Position numbers and translations under genes: made by a program
Notes under the pieces: generated by a model
The model's input: only the letters and a program-made list of their open reading frames with translations
Database searches by the model: none
What the model was told of the DNA's origin: nothing
Shown: positions 12,237-24,935 of the stretch, piece by piece
Layout: each line of letters starts with the position of its first letter
Numbering within the stretch: position 1 is the first letter of the stretch
Source of the DNA: Raillietiella orientalis
Taxonomy: Eukaryota
DNA: 64,000 bases
Direction: 5' to 3'
Assembly: GCA_036172245.1 (NCBI GenBank)
Contig: JAYWIR010000005.1
Span: 4,402,001-4,466,000 of the forward strand

Positions 12237-14079
12237 GGGGGTAAGAGGGGGGAGATCCCTCTGGCTTCCGGGTCGCTCCGGATCCTCCCCTCCCCCCCCT
12301 TCCTGACGAACTCGGCGAGCGACGGGGGCTGGAGGATTTTTTCCCTGTTTCCTACCGGATCGTCTTGGGGCATCGTGCAATCCACCGGGAGGCTCTGTGG
12401 TCCGTGTCCTTCCTCCCTTTTTCCCAGCCATTTGGATGGGGCGGAACGCGTCGTTTTCCCGAACGAGCTCAGACTCTCTGGAAGAGGGGTCCCTTTTCTG
12501 CGAGTCCTCTCAAGGGGCCGGAAGGGCGAGTTGCGAGCCGCCCCGGGCCAGGGTGCAAGCGCGGGAAGTCTGATCGTTCCCTGAAGCCGCCCGGCGCGAA
12601 GAGAAAGTGCCCTCAGCGAGAAGCAGGACGGATGCTCCCCAGGACCACAACTGCACGCGCCTTGGACGCCCACAGGACCTCTCGGATTGCCCCTCCGGAA
12701 GGGGAAAGGAGGACGGTTCCGAGGTAAGTCCTGAAGGGGTCGGCAAGGGTAGGTCGTGCAGCCCATGAGCGTTTCCTCCTCCTCCTCTCGTGAGAGGCGA
12801 CCGCAGAGGCACCGGGCTCTCAGAGATGCTGCTGCAGCATCAGACCATCAGGATCGAGCCGCTCTTTTTTCCACTTCGCGGAGGAACCTCGCATCCGTTA
12901 GTCCTGGCAGCCATCAGCCCGACGAGTCCGCGACCAAGAGACAAGGAGCTGCACTGCGCGGGAGGGCCCCTTGTTGACCCCTCCCCCCTCTTCCGGATCC
13001 CTCCATCCTTCTGGACTCAATCCCGGGAAGTTTCCAGGATATTCCGCTCCTCCTTTCTTCCCTTCTCTCTCCTCCTTCTACCTTTCCTTCCTCCTCTCAG
13101 CAAGAGCTCCCAGGAGCACGCGCCCCCTTCCCGGACGTCACCGTCCACCGGAAGACTTGACCCGCAGCTTCCTTGGACCGCCTCCGAGGCGGTTGGAGGA
13201 TCTCTCCCATTCACATTCCCTCTTCCCCTCATCCTCGCTCTGACCGACATCTAGAGACCCCACGCCTCTTGGACGGATGCGCCCGCGGGCAGAAGTCCTC
13301 CCTCACTCTCTGTCGACCCCCGCGTTACTTCCCACTCCTTCCAAGTCCTGGTTATCCAGGTCCCTTCGGGGGGCTCTGGGAAGTGCGCCGCCTCTCCTCC
13401 GCACTCCGAAGGCCTTGGGAGGGAGGATTCCTCTCTCTCTGCTTCCTGGAAGGGTGGGAGGATGGGACACGGAGCGAGAGGGCTCGGATCGCCCTTTCTC
13501 CCGACGGAAAGAGCGCAGAGAGTCCCGCGAGGAGTTTCCAGGGAGAGAGTTGACGACACCGACCCAAGGGAGGGTCAGAGGAGGGTCGCGGGGGTGAGGG
13601 GAGGAGGAGGAGGAAGGGAGCAGCAGCCGCATTTTCCCCTGCTGCTGCCTCGGAATCCGAGGGAGGGCGGACGGCTCTGGTGGATGCGGTGGCGTTCCCC
13701 AAGTCCGGAGGCGGAAGTCGCCCTGCCGCAAGCGCCCTCGCTCGCCACCCCACTCCTTCAAACGCACTGGAGGCCTCGCCCCTCGGGACCGGCACGAGTT
13801 CGAGGAACGCGAGTAAGTGCACCTGGCGGCCGCTCCCTGGAGGCGGCCGCTCCGGGGACGGAAATCCCCTTCTCCGTTCCCAGGCTGCTGCTACTGCCCT
13901 TTGTTTCTTAAAGAGGGGAGAGGAGCGATCGTCCCCTTCCGAACGCTCCGTCGTCCGCTGCCGATCCAGTTGGACCGCTGAGAGCCAAAAGATCACGGTA
14001 GGGGAGCCGGGATGGCTTCCTGAGTTCCCGGAGGGTGGGCGGAACTCTTTCTGGAAAAGGGGTACGACCTTTCGAGGGT

Positions 14080-14560
14080 CTCAGGGAGTGGCTGCGAATG
14101 TGGACGGTGGTGAAAGCGTTCGGTCTTTGCTCTCACTCAGGAGAAGATGCCTGAAGGGCGGGAAGGCACCTCCTTTTGATGCGCTGCCCTGGTCCGCGGG
14201 GAAGGAATCCTCCAGGAACAAGAAGGGACAAGGAGGAGGAGATCGGTCGGGGGGAGGGGGGTTCGATACGACGCCAGCGTTTCGTGCGGACTGCTTCCCG
14301 AGGGATGAGCGGCAGAAAGGAGGAGGAGAACCGGCTGTCTTCCTCCTCCTCACCGACGCACTTCCGCATTCATCAGCAGGCGCCGCGGGGCAGCCGAGGC
14401 TCGGAGCGCCCGCAGCTGGATGGAGAGCACCGTCGGACGGTCGCCGCTTGTGCCACGCGTCCTTCGAGGTTGCTGCGAATCTCCTGAGGGATTTGCAGGA
14501 GTGGGCCCTGCAGGCAGCGGCGGCGTCCACCTCTGATCTTCCGGGCTTGCCCTGCACATC
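14080..14560 (+). pseudogene. Decayed ankyrin-repeat-like relic within ORF 13680..14927
   Basis: FRADCFPRDE and DGRRLCHASFEVAANLL motifs. Confidence 0.25.
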
Positions 14561-17500
14561 CCCGTCCTGCTCTGGGATGAGATCTCTCTCTCTCCTCGTC
14601 CCGGAGGGGTGTGGAGCCGGGGTTAGGAAGAGGGCGAGGTCCACGCATCTGCGGCGGTCCCTTTTTCCCTCTTCCCCCCCTCCTCCCGCAAGGGAAGTCC
14701 TTCACCGCGCGAAGATGGTGCGCACATCTTTCCTCGACAGCCGGCTCCCTGGCTCTCGAGTCGCCGCCGAGGGGTTTCGGGGACTCCAAGGTCGTCCGCG
14801 GCGACCGTGGTCATCCACTTCGCCATCATTGAAATCTATTTTCGTCAGTGCTAATTGCTTCCTCCCTCCTCCTCCCTCCCTCCAACGGCGCTCCCCGGTT
14901 GCTTTGGAAACGTGTGAGCGCGCGTGAGTAGACTGTTGCTTTCTGCGATGCGCAGTTGCGACCTTGGTGGACGCACTCCGCCGAACCCGAAGTGCTCCCT
15001 TGAGGACGTCCTCTGACGTCACCTCCGCGGAGAACGGAGCTGGGATACCAGGAGGGAGGGAAGGAGGATGGGAGCCCTTCCCCTCCGCCTCCCCCTTGAA
15101 AAGAGAAAGGCAATAAAAAGCCCACGCTTCCCTGATGAGGAAGCCATCCTTCCGACAAATTATTTAAATTTTAATGAGCAGGCTGGACGGCACCGGAAGA
15201 GACCACATCCTCCCATCTCCACTCCGCCGCGGACCTCTGCTGTGGACGCTCAGCTCGCACAGAGGTGCGCCCTGCGGCGACGGCGGCAGAGCGCCGGAGG
15301 GCAGTGGAGACCCCCTGGAGCTTTGAGGGAACCCGCTCTCTCTCGACGCCTCTCCCCCCTTCCCGGCAAGGTCCGAAGGTCCTGGAGGGTGGCGGAAGGC
15401 CTTCCGCAGGCTGGAGCGAGGGCAGGGAAGGGGAGGAGGGGGATAAACACGCTGATCTCCCTTCCTGGTGCAGAAAAGGTGGGAGAAGCGGAAAGCGCAC
15501 GTGGACGCCTCCTTCCGTGGTCCAGCGCGGAGGGGTCGGCGCGCCACGCGCCAGCGAAGTTTCCGCACGGCCGCGTTCAGCATGCCGCGCCGTGTCTTCG
15601 CGCGGAGAATCTTCCCTGAGGCGTTGGCAGACTCTGTAACGTCCGACGAGAAGACAGCGGCTTCTGCTGACCGTCCTTGGGAAGCCGACTGACCTAAACC
15701 ACTGGGGGGATGGGTTGCGCGTGCTGACCACAAGCCAACCTGGATGGGAGGGTCGAGAACTCGCCGGCGTTCGATGCTAGGAGTCTGAAGATCAGGAAGG
15801 CTGGGTCAGCCTAGGCTCCATGGCGGCGTGAGTGAGCGCCCCCACCCCGAGTCCATGAGAGCATTAGGAAGGATAAAACCCTCATCCCTGAGCTCCTGTT
15901 CCCCTGAGCGTCCACCTCGGGTCGCTGGATGGCAGGCGCTTCCCATCTCCGGGATGTGTGCTGCCCAAAGATGTGCCTCTAGCTTCTCGGAAACTCTCTG
16001 GCTCTCTCTCTCCTTCCCCTAACGGAGCCAAGCAGCACCTGTGGCCCTTTGCAGCCGTAGACCGATACTCCGCTCTTCGTCACTGGATCTGGACCGGACC
16101 GGGAAGTCCCGTTCGTGATCTCTGGGAGGCTCTGGAGGGAGGAGCGGTGAGCAACCAGAAGACAAAGAGGGGCAGCAAGCCCGGCGCGCAGGGAGCCGCC
16201 TGAGAAGTGGTTCGACGTGACTGGACAGCTTCCGGAAGGTTCCCGGAGAGGGCCGGCGCGGAACGTCCGTCGAAGGGCAGTGGAGATTACTGAGCAAAGA
16301 AAAACCCAGCCTCCGGACCGAAACAGCGGGTGCCGGAAAACGCGCAGCCTCTCCTCCCCTGTGCGGGCCACGAGCGACGCCCTGAGATTCCGAATTCGCC
16401 GGAGGTCAGAAGAGGAGACATCGGGAGTTTACCACAGACCGTGATGAGAGGTGCTGCGACAACCTCCGACGTGGTGGGAGCAGCTGGGATTCCGGAAGAC
16501 TCTTCTGTCTCTCCCTGGATCGAGGCGAGAGGATAAGAGACGCAACAGCAAGACTCGCCAGGACTCTCTCGGGACGCCGAAGGAGGGGGAAGGGGAGGGG
16601 GGGACACGAGCAGCGCGGCGCCTTTGCTCTCCCAGGCGTCGTCAGAGCGAAGTCTGCGATGTGACTATGGTGGTTTCGGGAACTCCTGGGGCTCCCTGGA
16701 AGGGAAAGAGGAGGAGGACACCGTGGCAACAGTGGAATCCGTCCTTAGCATCCGATGCCTCCTTCCTCCCGCTCCAGAGTAGAAGTAGAACGCTCGATGT
16801 TCTCTTATTTGCGGCTCCCGTGGGATGGCCATTCCGCCGCCGCCGCCGCTGGGAGTCGCGAGAGCATCCCTTTGAACGCCCGGGTCGAAGGAACAGAAGA
16901 AGGGAAAAAGGGAACCGGAGATCTCCCAGTCACCACCGCGAGCGAGGTCATGCCATCCGGGAAGATGGCGCCGTGCAGTCATCGATCCTCACCAGCTGAC
17001 CGGAAGACTGGCGACCAACTACCTGACTGACGTCGACCTCTTGCCGACAACCTCCTTCCCACTCAGAGGAAAGGCCAGCCACAGCGCTGCCGGCGGGAGC
17101 ATGTCCGGAGCTCCTCGTACGTGCACGGGGTCGCCGGATTCGGGGCTACTTGAATGTGTCACAAAAAATCCTCGCTGGCTCTCGACATAGGGAGAGTGGC
17201 GACGCCTCTAGGGCGGGGACTTCCTCCTGAAGCAGGCGGAAAGGGTTCTTTATGGAGGCTTTTCCTCCCCCTCTTTCGATGCGCGTGGTCAATGGAAGGG
17301 AACTCTCTCTCCACTCTAAAGGCCACAGCCACAAGATAGGGCTGTCCCCTCGGAAGACAGTTCACGCGTACGGGAGGAGCTGTCGCAAAGAAGGAGGAAG
17401 CGCAAGTCCGGGCCACTCCTTCCGCGGAATTGAGCGAACCCCAAGGAACCCTTCTCTTCCTCCTCCTCCTCCTCCTCCCCTCTTGCTCCTCGTCTTCCCC

Positions 17501-19149
17501 TACTCCTCTTTTCTCCCGCCTCCTGCAGAAAGAGCTTCCCACGCTCACTTCCGGCGGAGAACAAGGGACTTTCTGGGGGCCTTGGCGAAAGCAGGCGGGG
17601 AGCGCCGGTGGGCGGCCGGGTGAAGAGATCCCGGGTGAGCTCCGGAACCGATTGTTCCCTTCCCCCTTCCAATTCCCTTCCCTCAACGGGGAGTCCTTCC
17701 TGCGGAGGTACTCCATGAGGAGAATTGGGGAGGATCGTGACCCTTGGAGATCGGATAGCTTCGGTAGAAGGTGTGGCTCTTCGTCACCCGATGTTGCCAC
17801 CTCACTTCGCCTGCAGGAAAGTGCCAAGAGCGGGTAAGTGTGTGTGTGTGTAGGGGGGGTGGGATTCTGCCCCCTTGCTTCCCTTTTACCCACTTCTCCC
17901 TTCTAGCTGCTTCTCGAAATAATCGCCGCTGCCCCTTCTCTTGGTGAGGGTGGAGGCATCGGGAATGGCCGCGCAATATCTCCCCTACCTCCCGCGTTCC
18001 GGCCTCCAGGCGAAAGTAGAAATCACAGAAGCGGCGTCGGGGATTTGAAGCAGCGAAGGGAATATCCCGGAACGAGGGTGGAAGAAGTATAGGCTGATGG
18101 TGGCGGCAGAGGGGACGAGGAGGGAAGAGGGAGGATGACCCCCTTCTCCTCCCGGAGAGTCTCCGCCTTCCCCTCGGGTCAGCTCTGCGAGCGACTCCTC
18201 GCCCGAGACGGAGGACGACCGCACTCCTCTCCCGACTTCTCCTGCTCGAGACAGGGGTTCGGGTTGGAGCACAGAGGAGACGAGCCCCGATGGAAGCAAA
18301 GGACGCGAAGAGGGACCCTCGAGTCCTAGTAGGGAGTACGCCATCCCTCCAACGGTTGCCGGGCTAAACTCCCGCGCGGAGCGTCTCCTCTTCTTCTTAC
18401 GGAGACCTCCGACTCAATCCCGTCTCCCCAGTCTCCCGGAAACTGTCGTTCCTGGTTTCCGGAAGGGAGTTCTGGTCTTCCTGGGAGGCGCCAGGACGGC
18501 GGGAAAAAGGGCAGCCCTTCTCCTGGTACTCCTGGAGCCTTCCAGATCTCTCTTCGATGGAGGAGCCTGGAGCGGGCCGTCGCTCCGGAGGCGCTCAGCA
18601 GCTGCTCCGCGGATGCTGCGCGGGAATCTGCAAATCGATCCTTCTCTTCTCGGTCGACCTCTTCGGGCCTGAAGTCCGGGACAGGAGAAGCCCTCCGACG
18701 GGAGATCCGGGGGAAGCGGGAGGTCCCAATGCCTTGCGGGAGGCATCCCACGAGGAAGGCAGCTTCGATCCCCTTCGCCCTCATCACTCCCCCCCTTTCT
18801 TGGGCTCGGAGGAACGCCAAAGGAAGGGGAGCAGAGGCTCCAGCGGCTATCCCTCCTGCTGACGCCCGATTCGGAAGAGCTCGCGTCTCCAGCGAGACCC
18901 CTCTTGGGTCGCCGATTTGCCCCCGCGCGCCGCATCAGTCCAAGGGCTCCGACCGTTCCTGACGTCCTGCAAAGAAGGAACCGCGCTTCCTAGCTCCGAT
19001 GCCCACACCTTGGAGACCTGGGGTGCGGAGCTCCAAGAACTCTTCCTCCTTCCGCCGCGGGGATCAGTGACCCTGCCTTGGGTGCCGCCAGCCCAGCTGG
19101 ATGACTGCCGTTCCCCTTGCTCCCTTGAGACCTCGGCCTCCAGCAGGTG

Positions 19150-19540
19150 CCGCTCCGATCATGCGTACGCAGCTGCTGAACACCGCGGGCGTGGCCGAGG
19201 AGATGACACGCTCATTCGTAGCAACACCCTCTGGATTAGGCAGCCACCCCTTCCTTCTTCCCCCGAAGCAGCAGTTCCGTGGCGTGCCCGCCCGAGGGAG
19301 AACGAAGCGATGACCCTTGGGTGTCGCGTGTCAACCTGGGGGGAAAGGAGTGGGAGCTGTCTCCACTGCCGCAGAAGCCTCTCAAAGCCACGGCCCACTA
19401 AGGTCGGTCCTCAGGGAGACGAAGAGAAAGTCGCCTCCCACCCAACCTTCCTGATGGCGCTGCCCTCTGGCGCTGTCAGAGCGTCAACCCAGCTCATCGT
19501 CTCCAATGCGGAGGGAGCGACACCTCGAGACTTCCCTGCA
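19150..19540 (+). pseudogene. Decayed ankyrin-repeat relic (array C-terminal type)
   Basis: LGCRVSTWGERSGSCLHC and SNAEGATPRDF (cf. terminal N..G.TP.D motif) in ORF 18917..19849. Confidence 0.4.
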
Positions 19541-22500
19541 TCTCCCCCCTCCCCCTTTCACCACACCCTTTGCTTGCCTGTTCTCACTCCCTTGCTCCTC
19601 TTCTGGAGTGACGCGCGCGTCGCTCCCCCAGAGGCCGTTGCCAAGGATTCAGCAGGGACTGGGTTCTCGAGAAACCACGGGTACCCTAGCAACCAACTGC
19701 CCGGAAGCGGCGTGAAGTCGGCACGCCCTCGGCCGTCCTCCGCCACCGCAAGGCGGAGGCGCTCACGCCACGCCGGAAGATTCTCGCAGCGGGCTCTCCC
19801 GCCCTCTGACGTCACCTCCGAGCGAGAGAAAGGGGGCCACGGCTCTTAGCGAGTTCTTTTTGCGGGAGGCACGGATGTGAGCTGTCTGCCTGTCCCCCGC
19901 CCGGGGGATGCCACCAGCGTCCCAGCCCTTCTTCCCATCCCTCCTCCCTTTCCCCGGTTCCCTTTGAACGCCAAACGTTTCTCCAGAACTTCAGGTCTCC
20001 AGAACTTGGCAGTGCTGCTGCTGCTCTGAGAGACGGAGCGAAGTGGGCCAGGAAACCACGGCAGCGGATTCCAGCAAGGCGTCTCCCGCCGCTCCCTCGT
20101 CGACAGCCACCGCCGTGGTCTCCGCGGGAGACGGTGGGAGGGAAGACGGGAGGCTGGGACCTTGGGAACGTTAGGCATGCGAAACTGCTCTTCCCACCCC
20201 TTGTCCCTCCCACAAAGCCCTCCTGAGAGGAACTTAGGGGAGTTGGTGCACATCGCAGGGGTCAGACCCTATGCTTCAGCCGATTTTCAAGCGAGATCGA
20301 CGGTGGTCCGCGGTGTCCTCCAAAGCAACCGTCTCTCCCCTGCTCGAGAGCACAAGCCCCGGGGTCTTCCGCACGTTTGCTTGAATGCAGCAGCTCCGTC
20401 GCGCGCGCGCACGGAGCGAGCACGCGAGTCACGGAAGGTGCCAAAAACCTTGGCAGATATTTTACGCCTCCAGTTGCATAAATACGCGGAGGAGCGAGCA
20501 GGCGCTTCGTCTCCCGCTCGCTCGCGCCCCGTGGGCACTCCCATATATTAGCGACGCAGGGCTGCCAGTGACGTGCCGTAAATTTTTCGGCAGGCTGCGA
20601 TGCCGGTCCTCGGCGCTCACCAACGGGGGCCTCTGGTAAGACAAACTCCTCACCGACACCTGGCGGAAATCCTGGGGATGTCACTCGCACTCTTCAGGGA
20701 AAGAATTTTCTCCTCCTCACCCTTCCCCATCCTTCTTCCTTCCTTCTCCTCCCTTCCTCCTCTTCCTCTTCCTCCCCTGTCCTCTTTCCATCCCCTTCCT
20801 CTCTGCCTGCTCCGAGGCTCCGGCTCCCAACATCGCAGCAGGATCCACTGTTGCCCCTAAAGCCACCTGCCGCCAGAGCTGAGCTTTCCTCCACAACCGC
20901 ATCTTCCATTTTCCCCGAAGGGTTTCCGTGGTTGCGGGGAAGGGGGCAGCGGATAGGGGGGCAAGGGAGACGCCGGACGATTCTCGGCGGAGCCTTCCCC
21001 ACCCACCTGCCGGGCAAGGAGTAGCGGAACGGAAAGATTCCGCCTCCTCAAAAGTCGAGCTTTCCTCCTCTCGAGTCTGATGGGGGCTCTGGACCGGATG
21101 TTTCGGTCCGGTGCTCCCATCTCAGCGAGTTCTCGAAGAGGGAGGCGGTGCCGCGCGCCGCCTCCCCGGAACAACCGAATCATCTCCGGGATTATTCCCG
21201 ATGAGGCAACCCACTGCTCACAGGGAAAGGTAATTGTTGGGGGGAAAAAATCTCGAAGGGGCACTCCGTGGAGTCGAAACGATCGGCTTCCTGGACCCCG
21301 GTGTCTTCCGCAGACGTTAACGACTGCAGGGGAAGCCGGTGGTTTGGATGGCGTCACACCTCGGCCAGGCGCGCTGCGTGCAGCGGTTGCCCGGTGTCCG
21401 ATCCTGGTGCTTTTAGGACACCTTCGATTGTCCATAAGCAGCAGAGGGCCAGCGGCGGGGACCAGACTACAGGAGGGGTCTTGAGAGCGTCCGTTTCCTC
21501 TCTCCCGCGGCTCTGCGATCCCTCAGTCACCCCGGAGCCTGCCGGGTGCCACGGAGCCGGGATGTGCCAGCCCTCGGTGCGGTCCGTGAGGAGGAGGGTG
21601 CGTCTTGGGCCCGACTCGCAGGAAAAGCCACGTGCGCGGCAGCTCCGGTGCGTTCGGTGGGGACTAAAGAGAGGGAACACCGATGTGGGCGCAGGGGACG
21701 CTTGGGAAAGAGGAGAGCCAGGAAGTAGCCGCTAGCCGCCGACTTGCAGCAGCACTGGAAGAGCTATCGGTCCTGTCGTTTTCTCCTCCGCGAGGCGATC
21801 CTCCAAGCGTCCCCGGGATGTCCCGACGCTACCTCGGTAGCTGCAGGTTCTTTTTCCCTCGCACCCCGAGGACTCCTGCGGAAGGCGGCTAACCCAGTTG
21901 CGGGAATGCCCGACATCCTTCCCTTTGGGCGGCGTCAGTGGTCCTTCTTTCTCCCCATCCTCTCATCCCACAAAGGGCGCCTTGCCAAGGCGCTCCGGGA
22001 CAGCGTGGCTGCCAGCCGGGATCGCGTGCCCCTTCCTTCGTGGTCGGCAGCCGGTCAGGTCGCGCGCGCTCCCGTGTCCTTCGGGGTCCGACGACTCAAG
22101 GACAAGGGCGTGGCTCAGGGGCGGGCGGACCCCTTGGAGGCAATCTTCAGAGAACCTTGCCCGGACGCACGGGACGGGAAGGTACGGAGGATCTGCAGCT
22201 GCCTCAGAACGGGAGCTCGGTGACTCTCCAAAACGGCCGTTGCTCAGAATTGAGGGAAGCGAGGAGATTCCTCAGCTGATGGGGGGCCTGAGGGACCTCT
22301 CTCTCACGGTCACCGCATTCCAGCATTCCCGCGTCAAAAGGAACAGCAGCAGAGGCAGCAGGACCGCAAAGAAACCGAGGGATCATGACTCCCTCCCTGA
22401 AGACTGATCCACAGCGCACAGACGAGGAGCCTTCGCACATCTCGCATTTCCTCGCATCCTTCATAGGCGGACGAGAGAGAATCCCTACCACCCTTACCCG

Positions 22501-24680
22501 GCGCAGGTGCCTCTCTGCGGAAACGAATGAATCACCCAGGTGAAAGAAAACGCAAGGGCCGTGGACGACGAGGCGCCTTTTGCTTTATGAAGACCTCAGC
22601 TGGGAAAGAGAAGAACGGCTGCTGGGCACCCAGCAGCACCCTTTCTCTCCCTTCCCATCTTTCTTCCTCCGATGGCCAACCCGATCTTTCCTCCAAGGGG
22701 AAAGTTGCAGGAAGAGTGGGGAGGAAGAGGCGGAATCATCTGACAGCTCTTGAGTGATGGGTGAAGAGAGCTCAGCTTCTTCCCTAATGGCGCGAAAATG
22801 GTAATCGGCGTGACGTATGTTCTGGTACGGCAAAGTCCCCTGCTGACAGAGGGGAAGGAAAGGCAACGCCTAGAGGACCGCCTGCACCTCCAAGGCTCTC
22901 TCCAATGCGCCCAAAGCATCCAGGATTCCTCCTCTAAGATGAACCCCTGCCCCATCCTAGGAAGGAAATCAGAAAGAACGAAAAAACCTTCACGAAAGGT
23001 CCCCCGGAAGCGAAGCAACTCTTCTGAGGCACAAAAATCCGGAGAGAGCATCCCGGTTGGAAGGAGTTTCGAAGCAGGAGAGACCGGTGGTGCCCCAAGT
23101 TCACTCCGCCAAGTACCGTTTGGGGACTGACTCCTCCGCAACAGAAGTCTTGCACGGACATAATAGGGAAATGGAAAAAGAATCCAGAGTGATACAGTCG
23201 CTCGGCACCTCAAATCTTCCTAGGCGGTGCGGACAACCGTCGACCTCTTCCCATTCCTTCCCGATGATGGCGCTCCTATGCTTTCAGTGGATGCAAAGAA
23301 GCCTGCGGAGATAGAGCCCTCAGCAAGCCGGCAAACAGCTCTAGAGCGCGCCACTTCAACGGAAGGGGGTGGGGAGATGGGGGCATGACATGAGTAGGTT
23401 CACCGTTGAGTCACCTCAGGGAGGAGATCACCAAAGACGAATTCCTGCATGCCATCCATTCCCCCTCCCTGCAAGAAAACATCAGCTCGAGTATGGGAGG
23501 GAATTCTTGCACTTTGCCCCCACGATTTTCTCTTGCAGCTTTAAAGCGTGCTGAAACACGATGCTGTTCCACCCAGAACATGACCTTCCCTCGGTCAGGG
23601 TGTTCTGTGATGAGAGGAAGCCATGCTGCCTCGCGCTGGATCGGGGCAGACTGAAGGAGATTTGTCTTCTCATGCATCCATGGGAAGTTGAATCCCTAAA
23701 TATGTGTTGTTTCTGGGTCTTCCTGCTCAGATGTCTACATTGCCTCTGTCCAACCGGTCGCTTTCCCACCCATTGTCCGGACTCGACATTGCTACTAAGC
23801 CTGTTGAAAGGAGGGAAGGCTTCCTTCACGAGAAAGAGCTCTGGCATCTCAAGCACCACCTGTATCACCACCAGCACCCAAGAGCTGTTCTCTGAGATTC
23901 CACTACAACCCTGCACCCCGGAAACGCACAAAGCAAAGCATCGGCGAGCTCAGGAGAGCCAAGAAGCGCATGGTCTCAGTCGCGCATAAGCAGAAAACGA
24001 AACCCGGAATCAAAGGAAAGACAAGGATGGACAGCTTCGTTTTTAGCAGGAAATATTCTTGCAAGCTCTCTGAGGATCTCGCGTGTCAACGAGCTTGACA
24101 CCCTTTACAGCTTGGTCGCGTATCGTGAACACTTCTGCCGTGTTCTCTAGCCCGGTGATCCAGTTCAGAGGTGATTTTTGTTTTTTTTTCGACAAGCAAT
24201 CCACCTTGCGGCCAGAGTGCTGTTTCTCGCTCCAATCCATCATCTTCCTCTCCGCAACTGAGCACTGATGTGCCGACAGAAATCGACATGAACCCAAGCT
24301 CTACCGAAGGCACGAAAGATTATTCAGGAAATGTTCCAGCAGAAGTCATGGATTTCACAGCACGAGGAGCAGCTTCCTCGGACAGGAGTGCCGGTGCGAC
24401 GTCGGCAGTGCATATGGAATGTAGTGCATCCCTGATGAGATTGCAACCACGAGCAGCCTCTCAACATCCTCATCAAATCGAAACGAACGATTCTGATCGA
24501 GTTCTGTTCGACGAATTGACGCCAACATGAGGACAGCTGCTAGGTGGCCTCATCTCGACCAAGTCAGGAAGGAGATCGCCGGCATTTAGAGCCAGTTCTA
24601 AAATGGAGGAACGGCCGAAACCAAAGACCACTGTCCCCACCCACCTCCATATTTTTTTCTGTATTTTTTAATATATATTT

Positions 24681-24935
24681 CCCGGAATGCGCTGCCCTGC
24701 TAGGAGGCGAGGCGACCTTGACGGAAGAGGAGCCTGGGAAAAGGGCAGAAGCTCTTCGACGTAACCCGCCTCCTGCCCTGTGGCCACGTGCTCCTGTGGA
24801 TGCGGTCGCGCTGTGAGGACAGCGGAACCTGACCAAGGGAAGGTCATGTTCTCAGTGGTAGAGCATCGTGTCTCAGCACACTTTAAAGCTGCGAGAGAAA
24901 ATCGTGGGGATAAAGCGCAAGAATTCCCTCCCATG
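24681..24935 (+). repeat. 255-bp insert, inverted copy of 23493-23599 joined to ~26055-26200, flanked by 9-bp direct repeats TATATATTT
   Basis: 24828-24934 vs rc(23493-23599): 11 mismatches in 107 nt. 24682-24812 vs rc(26064-26200): 9 mismatches plus one 6-nt indel. TATATATTT at 24672-24680 and 24936-24944. Confidence 0.9.

Noticed and set aside
20440..20600. Possible DNA-transposon terminal sequence (cagggctgcca) or TATA-like promoter
   Set aside because: No matching partner TIR or TSD and no gene to assign it to.
23575..23635. QHGF...GRSC resembling a LINE RT motif on the minus strand
   Set aside because: Spacing is wrong, no other RT motifs follow, and it spans the insertion junction.
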